A stretch of DNA of 64,000 bases from Glycera tridactyla (Eukaryota): contig OZ286459.1 in the NCBI GenBank assembly GCA_965644265.1, positions 53,878,001 through 53,942,000 of the forward strand. The letters are read 5' to 3'. The notes beneath the pieces were generated by a model. The model was not told where the DNA came from. It did not search any database and saw nothing but the letters and a program-made list of their open reading frames with translations. A program made the translations under genes and the position numbers. Positions 38,744 to 47,991 of the stretch are shown here, one piece after another. The number at the start of each line of letters is the position of its first letter. Positions within the stretch are counted from its first letter, which is position 1.

Positions 38744-38748
<5 letters not shown>
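36680..38748 (+). mobile_element. Penelope-like retroelement (Neptune-type), 5'-truncated: RT thumb, GIY-YIG and 3' region with hammerhead B
   Basis: YTKPTDSHSYLHYTSAHP; GYRRAPNL; linker CRTKNCNHC; SNLIYCIHCKRCNK*YVGQT; HFNLDEH; LRTMRPMGLN. In-frame stops at 37141 and 37363. (AT)n tracts lie at both ends. Confidence 0.9.
38357..38720 (+). ncRNA. Split type I hammerhead ribozyme, copy B (core intact)
   Basis: CTGATGA 38366-72; stem II GGAG-cactga-CTCC; GAAA 38387-90. The 9-bp stem III ACTGAAGTG (38390-98) pairs with CACTTCAGT (38703-11); cleavage after C38712. Stem I is TGC/GCA, a 2x1 loop, then TGTC/GACG. Confidence 0.85.

Positions 38749-38811
<63 letters not shown>
38749..38811. repeat. 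(AT)n(GT)n microsatellite between two PLEs
   Basis: Seen directly in the sequence. Confidence 0.98.
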
Positions 38812-41246
38812 GCTATGTGGCTATTCAGGACCTAAATCAAGATCCCACTATAGAACATAACACTAAGATCCATAAGAAGGTGAATGAAATGCAACAATCA
38901 GGAGAAATTCATCCAGATACACAGAAATACCTTAAAATTACAGAACCGAGAACCGCTCAACTATACCTGCTTCCTAAAATACATAAAAATAAACTGCCAA
39001 CCCCGGGACGCCGAATTATCTTGGCTAATGCCTGTCCAACTGAGAGAATCTCTCAGTTTGCTGACCATTTTCTACAACCTTTCCTCAAAGAAATCAAATC
39101 ATATGTGAGGGACACAACGGATTTCCTCACTAAGATCCAGAATATATCACTAACAGATGAGGACAACATTATCTTATTTACCTCAGATGTAACGAGCCTA
39201 TACACCAACATCCCACATGATGAGGGATTACAAGCAGTCAGACTTCACCTAGACCAACACAGACCAAATGGAGTCACTCCATTTAACAGTAGTATTTTAG
39301 AACTCCTTGAGCCAGTCCTCACACTGAATAATTTTCAAATCAATGGGAAAAATTATTTACAAATTGGAGGAACCGCTATGGGTACAAGGGTAGCCCCTAG
39401 CCTAGCCATGATTTTCATGGACGATTTTGAAACCAAATATGTATACCCATATGAGAAACAACCCAAATTATGGCTACGATTCCTGGACGACATATTCGGA
39501 ATCTGGACGCATGGCAGAGAGGAATTGGACAAATTCTTCGAATATCTGAATAATGCACATGCAACCATCAAGTTCACTTTGGAATGCTCCAATGATCAAG
39601 TGAACTTCCTTGACACAACCATTCATCTGAACGATAAAACATTATGGTCAGACCTATACTGTAAACCTACAGACAGCCACAGCTACCTACATTACACATC
39701 TTCACATCCACGGCACATTAAGGAAAGTCTACCATATAGCCTACTGCTACGGGTGCACAGAATCTGTAGCAGGGATGAAGACTTCTACAAACACTGTGGT
39801 ATGATTTTATTTCATTTTCATAACCGTGGCTATTCGATTGAATTATTACAAAAAGCCATGAACAAAACCTCAGAGAAAAGCAGGGATACACTGCTACAAC
39901 TGGTGGAACCAACACAAGAGAGCACTGAAGACACACAGGAAATCATAGCTTTCACCACCAAGTATTATCCCAATCACGACCATGCCAGAAAAATCATTGA
40001 AACAAATTGGGGGTTATTGAGAGATCGTCAACAACCAAAGAATTGGCCGAAGCCAAACTCATCACTGGTTACAAACGTACCAAAAACTTGAAAGATATAC
40101 TTGTGAGATCTCAAATGAAGCCGATAAAAAACATTACGGACACCAGGGAACCCCTGATATCCACAAGCAATAAGTGCACCCGAAAGGATTGTAGATATTG
40201 CCAGGCCCTGGACACCAGTGGTGTTATCAAGAGCAACTACACGGGCCGCACTTATATAGCAAAGTGTGACATGTAATTCCAACAACCTCATATACTGCAT
40301 AAGCTGTAAAATATGCGGTATGTAATATGTAGGCCAAACATACAAGCGCCTCATGGATCACTTCCAGGGGCACTGGACCGACATAGGAGGGGATAAGAAA
40401 ACAAATATAGGACGACATTTCAACAGACCATCCCACAGTGGTGGGGAAGACATGCAGATCCACATTGTAGATTTCATCCATGCATAACCAACCAGTCCCA
40501 TAGCCAAAAATCTCAGAGACCACATTGAGATGCACTGGATACAGCGCCTGAGAACGCAGCTGCCTATGGGACTAAATACAATGGACAGAACCCCAGAAAC
40601 TGAAACCACTTGCAGGAACTGGAGAGCTAACCATTTCAGAACATGATCACTGCCCATTGTCGGGGTGGATGTAACTTTAGATTATGTCCAGGGATAAATA
40701 AGATATCCAATACAGATAGGGGGGTTATGGTCCTGAATAGCCACGTAGCCACATTCTTAAACAAATTCAAGACTAAATTCAATTCTAGGGCATGCCCAGG
40801 ATCAAATACTGATCCAACCTTCCAGCAATAGTGAGCACAGCTCATTGAGGGAAGTAGAAAATGCTGCACCCCTTGGTGCACCACAGGAGCACTGTTGGAT
40901 ACATATGGTCGATTATAAACAAGACTAGGAGTGCCTGAAGAGAGACAATGCTCCCGAAACCGATAATCATGGCAGGGCTAATTTCTCTGGCTTATAGTGA
41001 CCAGTGGAATGACGCCCATAGGCTGTTTCAACCTGTCGAGCAGTCAGGATATGCAACCCAAAGATTGGCATCAAATAGATGGTAATGATTTTTGGATGCA
41101 TGCAGCCTGTGACGTCACGTAACCTGGGACGCCGCCGTTAGTAACCATGGAGTGTTGACACTGGCTTTATAAGGCGACGCACGTGACGTACGCGCCAATC
41201 GGTCGCACGAGTCTTGAAGAAGGCGGACATTCGCCTCTTACACCTG
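38812..41246 (+). mobile_element. Penelope-like retroelement (Neptune-type), 5'-truncated: RT, linker Zn motif, GIY-YIG and 3' region with hammerhead C
   Basis: RT motifs LYLLPKIHK, PGRRII, DVTSLYTNIP, QIGGTAMG, RFLDDIF, FLDT and KPTDSHSYL; linker CTRKDCRYC; GIY-YIG NLIYCISCKICGM*YVGQT to LRTQLPMGLN. Frameshifts near 40020 and 40270, TAA at 40323. Flanked by (TA)n/(TG)n and (TA)n. Confidence 0.93.
40921..41215 (+). ncRNA. Split type I hammerhead ribozyme, copy C (core intact)
   Basis: CTGAAGA 40935-41; stem II GAGA-caatgc-TCCC (one A.C mismatch); GAAA 40956-59. Stem III ACCGAT (40959-64) pairs with ATCGGT (41198-203); cleavage after C41204. Stem I is GTGC/GCAC, an AGGA/G internal loop, then AAGACT (40921-26)/AGTCTT (41210-15). 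Confidence 0.85.
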
Positions 41247-41336
41247 TATATATATATATATATATTCATATATCAGTGGGACGAGAGACACGTCCTCCCC
41301 CGATATCTGTTCATTAACTAATTTATTTATCCATCC

Positions 41337-41395
<59 letters not shown>
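41247..41395. repeat. Two (TA)n tracts following the PLE 3' end
   Basis: Tracts at 41247-41265 and about 41341-41395. Confidence 0.95.
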
Positions 41396-41396
<1 letters not shown>

Positions 41397-42430
41397 CAGA
41401 GCTAGGGTAATGTATGCAGTGTTCCTGGTTAATGAAAGCTAAATATTCTCTCTCCTGCAGACATCACTCCCGTGAGCACAAGATGATGGGGAACCTGAAA
41501 GGTTGTCATGTGAAAGTTGCAGACACACCTCTACCTACTCTCCCAAGGCTCCAGGTTTTTCCTGAAAAACCTCGTGTATGCACTTAGCCAAACACCATAT
41601 CCACGTTGTCCGGAAATCTTGGGACTCTAATTTCAGTTGTTTTTTAGATATCGACACGTGAAACTATCCTTTTTGCATTTTACATAGATAAACCTATGAC
41701 GGCATATCTAAGTATGTAACTGGCTGAAAGCTTATACTCAAGCCTAATAGCAATGTTTGTTTCCGCAAAGTGTAGCACGTGACAGAAGGAAAAGCATTAG
41801 GTTTGGAGAATACTCAACCTATGTGTTCAATTACAAACTGTCAACTTCAAGCCAGCTTTACAATCATGGCTTGTCATAGTCGCAGCCATAGTAACCCAGA
41901 ACTGGTGTGCCTGGTACCCGTTTTTGAGATCTCCGCCTGCGGCTGGAGATCTCCATGCCACCACCTCTCTGCTCGAACTACATTCTAACTTCACCAATCC
42001 TGACTCTCAAGACTGATATCATTAAATGAATCTTGATCAGAGTTGTGTGAAAAGTACAAATGATGCCATATAACACGAGTTTATTGATCATATGGATGAC
42101 AATCTGGGAAAATATAGCCCTCAGATAAACTCCAACTCTCCCTACACTCGTTTTTGTGGTGCTGATCACCGCACCACACAGATGTGTGTGCGAGGCAGCT
42201 TATTGATATATGCTAAATAGGTCATGGTGAGAGACTGACGGCGGGCTGGGCAGCCCCCCAAGCAGTGTGTTCATGTCTTCACGCCTCATCGGAGATCTCT
42301 CGGCGCACCTGTGCTCTCTTGTTCGCATAGTGACAATATCTGCTTCAGGCAAACCGCCAGCTACCAACAACTGAGAACATTTCGCTGAAGGAATGAGATA
42401 ATGCTCAGAGGGATAGAAAAAATGTGAAGA

Positions 42431-42435
<5 letters not shown>

Positions 42436-42502
<67 letters not shown>
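42436..42502. repeat. (GA)n microsatellite
   Basis: Seen directly in the sequence. Confidence 0.98.
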
Positions 42503-42504
<2 letters not shown>

Positions 42505-43786
42505 TATCGGGCTTTGCCCATGATTGATCTGGGCAATTCATCAGAGTCCAAACTCATAATAAGTCAGTGCATTTCTTGATTGAGCAATTCGAAATATATT
42601 TGTGCAGAACAAACAATAATCTTTCCGCTTGTACAATCTTTCCACGACGGCGTACAATAGTTTTCGATACGCAATGTCTGGTTCGGGTTCAACAACGTAT
42701 AGTTAGCCATGTTATCCTAATTCATATGAGTTGCATGTCCTGTCCACGGTAGGCATCACTCTCACAAACCCTGAAAACAAGATTGGAACCAGGGAGATCG
42801 TCAAGTGAAGTTGGGCGGAACCTCAGGCGAAACCCATCAAATGAGCCTGGATGAACCTAGTGATAGTACATCTAATCATGCAACTGGGTGAAAGCACCGT
42901 ACTTGAAGCTAGGAAAGGTTTTCGCCAAGAATTTGTCATGTTGACCTACCTACGGTCCAAACAAGTTAAATGCAATCAGAAAATACAAATGGATGATCGT
43001 AGCGCCCCCACCCCAATCTCAAGAAAATGACAGGAAATGGGGCCCGGCGTTCCAATGTCAATGCAACTCATCGGCTCCACGTGCACTTGATTAGGCCAAG
43101 CAGCACATGCGTATCAATGAGAGATGTGTCTCGTTCAGTGGCCTCCCATCATAATCGACGCTCTCGTTCACACAATATGCAGTAATATCAGAGCGTGAGC
43201 CAATCATGCTTCCATGGCACAAAATCTCCACACAATTTGGTAGATATCCGGATCAGTGACAATAGCTGCTTGCCCCGTAGCCTACATAGTTTGTTTCGTT
43301 TAGTAACTAATACGCAATTGTAGATAGATATATCTTTTTTTTTTTAAGAATTGAGTGATTTTACTCAAATCTGTGTGATTCCAAGTTCCGGCCATCTTCG
43401 ACTCATAAGTCGCCATTTTGGATGAAAAAGTGATTTACTCTAGCATGGATGTATATTACATCTGTATATAGGTCCGTGATTCTAGAAACTATTTGACAGG
43501 GTGAGCTATGACCCCAGCGCTATGCTCGATGAAAACTTCAACTGGGGGCCCCTGGGCCCCTGCTTCACCCCCCCCCCCCCCATAACATGGGGGTTCATGA
43601 TTCAAAGGATACCATTTATTTCGAACAACCACATGGAAAATAACCTTTCATGAAGGTGGGGCTACCCAAATCCCCTTTATCACCTTCTGGGTCTAAGACC
43701 CCTAGAGAGGGGCGGTAACCACCCTGCCCCTTCCCCCTCTAGGGAGCCACCAGTCTCCCTTGAGGTGATATGACAGAAAATTTATG

Positions 43787-43927
43787 AATGGCATGTGTGC
43801 CTGATGAGTGACAACGCTCTCGAAACTGAGAAACATGGCTGTGATTCTACAATTTATCACAAAATGCGCAGCATTATGCTCATATAAAAAGAATCCAAGT
43901 GACAGACCTTTAGGTAGTATGCCCATT
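43787..43927 (+). ncRNA. Split type I hammerhead ribozyme, copy D (degenerate stems)
   Basis: CTGATGA 43801-07; stem II GTGA-caacgc-TCTC (one U.U); GAAA 43822-25. Stem III ACTGAGA/TTTAGGT (43909-15, one mismatch); GTA cleavage after 43916. Stem I is TGC/GTA, a TGTG bulge, then GGCA/TGCC and AAT/ATT. Confidence 0.65.
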
Positions 43928-44110
43928 ATGTACATATATATTCAGCCTAACATCCATCCCCGTATATATTAAGCCTAACATCCTCCCCATGTCCAGGACA
44001 ATTTTTGGAGTAATATATATATTGAGCCGATTGTGTGTTAGTTACCAGACAAAACATCCTCGTGATGAGTTTTATTTCATGATTATATGTATAAAAAGTG
44101 ATTAACTCAC

Positions 44111-45618
44111 CCATTTTTTGCGAAGTTGGCCCAGAAGGCCATCATCTTCCGAGCGAATGCCTTCTCACTCTTCAGGTAGGTGAACGTTCTGTTGAGCGGC
44201 AGACCGAAAATGTGATCGATCTCGTAGCCGTGCATAACCCCCATCCACTGGGGCCAGGGATTGGCCGACGTACGATGCAGGAAGTGGTAGAGGTAGACGG
44301 TATCACCTCTCTCAGCATACCGCTCAGCGAACTCAACAACAGGACATAGAAACTCGGCGTCGCCCAATATATCGTCCAAAAGGTCCCGCGGTCGTTGCAC
44401 AGGACTTCCAAACGCCTGTGGGACACCATACTCGAAATCTATCGTGTCCCGCAGAACGACCTCATTAGAATGGGACAATGTTTGTACAATGCTCAGGTAC
44501 TGCTCTTCAGGTAGTATTTTACTATGATTCCAGAAAAACAGCTGTGGGATTCCATATATTAGAAAGTAAGCCCCTTCGTCTTTGTTGGCCCCTAGGAGAA
44601 TATTTGCTTTTTTTAGATTGCCACGACGAACGGTTTCAACGGGAGATTCCCTGAGAAAGTATTCATCCAGTGTGGCCAATATGGGAGTCACCATATTATA
44701 ACTGTCTTGAACAGTCCACATCTCATTAGATATATGACCTGGATCTACCTTTTGTAAACAAGCGATGACATCATGGACATTCTCATCGGTGGTGACTTCT
44801 TCAGCGCAGTTCAACTTCTTGGCAAGTGTCAGCGAGCGCTTTCTCGCGTCCGCTTGAGACTCATACGCCCATCGACACACAGCACTACCACTTTGCATAA
44901 TTGCATTTTGGAATAATTGTCTACTTAGGGGAGAGACCAGATGTAAGCTGACACTCACCGCACCAGCGCTTTCACCGAACAATGTCACACGATGGTTATC
45001 CCCACCAAATTTGCCAATATGATTGTAAACCCATTGTAGAGCAAGATGTTGATCTACAAGCCCCATGTTTCCCGGAGCATCCCCTGTACCCAAGTATAGG
45101 AAGCCAATGGTACCAACGCGGTATTGCATGGAGACCACGATGACATCCTGTTGGGTGGCTAGCATACGGCCGTCATACAAATCCAGCGTCGATGTACCAC
45201 CGTAGAATCCGCCGCCGTAGATCCACACCATAACTGCACGTGGTGGCACCGAGCGATCAGAAGGTGCCCAAATACTGAGATACAAACAGTCCTCGCTCAT
45301 GTTTGTGTTTGGATTCCACATGTCGACACCTTCGAATCTGCCGAAAGCACTGTCTACCGCTTGCCAGCAGGTGGCAGGCTTGCGTGTGGCATCTATCGGC
45401 TCGTGCCATGGCGCCACCTGCTCGGGCCGTTGGAAGCGTCGATTACCTACAGGTGGCTTCGCAAAGGGAATTCCGAGGAAAACGTCGACCTTCTTACCGT
45501 ATACGTCATCCTGGAAGCCTCGAATGCGTCCCAGTCCGGTCTCTATCTCGATCGATGGTAATGGCTCTGCCCCTATCACTATGGGCATCACCAACGCCAC
45601 TAGAAATGTTACCTCCAT
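44111..45618 (-). CDS. ache: Cholinesterase (acetylcholinesterase-like), main coding exon: signal peptide plus most of the catalytic domain
   Basis: ORF 44107-45654 shows carboxylesterase type-B motifs: LGIPFAKPP, MWNPN (choline-binding Trp), SEDCLYL, WIYGGGF oxyanion hole, FGESAG (Ser 44968-44970), ANKDEG (Glu 44575-44577) and GVMHGYEI (His 44230-44232). Acceptor ttgtttgttattggtttcAG ends at 45639, the likely start is MEVTFLVALVMPIVIGA (ATG 45618), and the donor is AAT GG|gtgagt after 44111. Confidence 0.97.
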
Positions 45619-46870
45619 CCGCGCATCCGTAACCACTCCTGAAACCAATAACAAACAAGTCTTATCCTGTCATCCCGAGAAATATGTTACTAAAAAGTTG
45701 ACTGGTGCTCACTTTACCCATCGATGGAGGATAAGAACGTGGCACCGGTAGAAAAATTATTTCTGTGTCTCGAGCAGAATTTGGAAGTTCCAATGTATAC
45801 ATAACTTGGCTTGCATGCATCAGACGGTCAGATGGATACATGTGGGGGAAGACAATTCGAGTTTTTCGGAATGTTATGGAGATAACTTTCTGTTGAGAAG
45901 GAGACTTCAATGAGGAGAAGCCTATTGCATGGGCGTATGAATAAAGCCCAAATGGTGCTCACTGGACTCATACCAATCAATCGACCAGACTGATGAGAGG
46001 CAGACGAACCGACATACAAAGATAGTTAGATAGATAGATAGATGGATAGACTCGTGAATAATACTGAGTATACAATGGGCCCGCCACTATGAGGTGCTCA
46101 TCGCTACCACCCCAGACCAATATAGCCAGGGCTTTCTTATCCCATGCATCATCTCACACAAGCTGTTTTCAGTCGATAGCCTCATGGGCTAGTTTCCTCA
46201 CATCCAGAAATTAGTATCGGCTATTACTGGGACTAGTTTCCGATTTTCACGACACTACTGATGCAGTGTTGTGGAAGACCGAGAAGTTATGATGATGCAA
46301 TACTCAAACCATGACAGAAAGGTAAAATAGGCTATCGGGAGTACTGAGAAGCTCAAGATCAGAACCACCACTGATTCGACCACGTGATAGAATGGCCGTG
46401 AGTGATCTGGCTATATAGGCTTCATACAAATAAGTAGATACACCGTCCTGCACAGAAGCTTGGCCATACATGGCCCTGAGAAACCATATCATACTGTAAG
46501 CCATGTAGGCGAACATAGTGAATGACCTCATCCAATTTGATGTGCTGACCAACTGATTGACTATCTGTCTTATAACTGAATGAATAATTCGAGGGCATGT
46601 CAACTGTTTGAGAGAGTGATTGAGGAGTGATTGACAGACTGACTGACCGACCGAATGGCCATCAGAAGGACTGGCTGACGGTCCAACTGGCGGAATCAGT
46701 GACGGTCTGTCTGTCCATCTGTCTGGCTGAATGAATGAATGATCGGTGGTTTGATCAAGTGCTGGACCTAATCACTGTTCATCAACTGGCATGTATTAAA
46801 ACCCAGTTCACTGGCATGGAAGGCGCGCACCGTAACTACGCTGCCATCGGCACACCTCTAACAATTATGG

Positions 46871-47991
46871 AAGAGGGACATCTCGTTTTGGCGCTCTCTT
46901 ACTGTCGCAGCGGTGCTTTTGTAACGTCGCAGCCGCGCTTTTGTAACGTCGCATTCGTACCGCGTCGCATCCTCGTAGCCGTGTCTTTGTACTGTTGCAG
47001 CCGCGTATTCGTACCATCGCATTCTCGCAAACGCGCCTTCATACTGTCGCAGCCACACTCTATTATACGGAGGCCCAGGAGTGACATCTCGTAGTGGCGC
47101 TCTCGCAGTGGCGCTTTCGTACTGTCCCAGCCGCGCTTTCGTACTGTCGCAGCCACACTTTCGTACTGTCGCATTCTCGCAGTGGCGCTTTCGTACTGTC
47201 GCAGTGGCGCTTTCGTACTGTCGTAGTGGCGCTCTCGCAGTGTCGCATTGTCGTAGTGGCGCCTTCGTAGTGTCGTAGTGTAACTTGGTTTCCTCTCAGA
47301 TGCCGTGCATCAGTTGGACTGGGAAAGAGTGCTATGTCGACAATGCGAGAGCGCCACTACGACAATGCGAGGGCGCCACTACGACAATGCGAGGGCGCCA
47401 CTACGAGGATGCGACACTACGAAAGCGCGGATACGACAGAACGAGAGCGCCGCTACGACAGTGCGAAAGCGCGGATGCGAAGATAAGAGGGTGCGAGAGC
47501 GCGGCTAACGCGGGTACGAGATGTCCCTCTTGAGCTTTCATACTATTACCTTCGCAGCCGCGTATTCATACCGTCGCATTCACGCAGCCGCACTTTCAAA
47601 CTGTCGCAGTCGCACGCGTGTTCATGTACCGTCGCAGCCGCGCTCTCGTAGCGTAGCAGCCACGCTTCCATACCGTCGCACTCTCGTAACTGCGCTTTCG
47701 TACTGTCGCAGCCGCGACATCGTGCTTGGGATTTCGAGAGAGTGGCTACGAGAGTGCCAGAGTGCGAGAGCGTGATCGCGAGAGTGCAAAAGCGCCATTG
47801 GGATGGTGCAAAAGTGCCAGTGCGAAGATACGAGAGTGCGAAAGCGCCAGTGCAATGGTGCAAAAACACCAGTACAAAGGGGCTAAAGCACCAGTACAAA
47901 GGTGCGAAAGCGCCAGTACAAAGTCGCGAAGGAGCCAGTGTGAAGACACGAGAGTGCGAAAGCATCAGTGCGAAAGTACGAGATGTCCCCC
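46871..47991. mobile_element. Foldback/MITE-like element(s) built from ~22-bp tandem repeats in alternating orientation
   Basis: 16-bp perfect IR aagagggacatctcgt (46871-86) / acgagatgtccctctt (47516-31), and a further acgagatgtccc at 47978. The internal unit gtactgtcgcagtggcgctttc runs forward, reverse, forward, reverse. Confidence 0.6.

Larger units (their letters stand above)
5863..44110 (-). other. 38,248-bp GT-AG intron of the cholinesterase gene
   Basis: Canonical donor and acceptor with matching phase on both sides; no other cholinesterase coding sequence is seen between them. Confidence 0.88.

Noticed and set aside
41213-41236. Second hammerhead core (cttgaagaaggcg-gacatt-cgcc)
   Set aside because: No GAAA follows; these bases are better explained as stem I of copy C plus the tail hairpin.
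45988-46012. CTGATGAG...GAAC near the acceptor region
   Set aside because: No stem II pairing and no GAAA. The CTGATGAG strings at 32716 and 58440 likewise lack GAAA.
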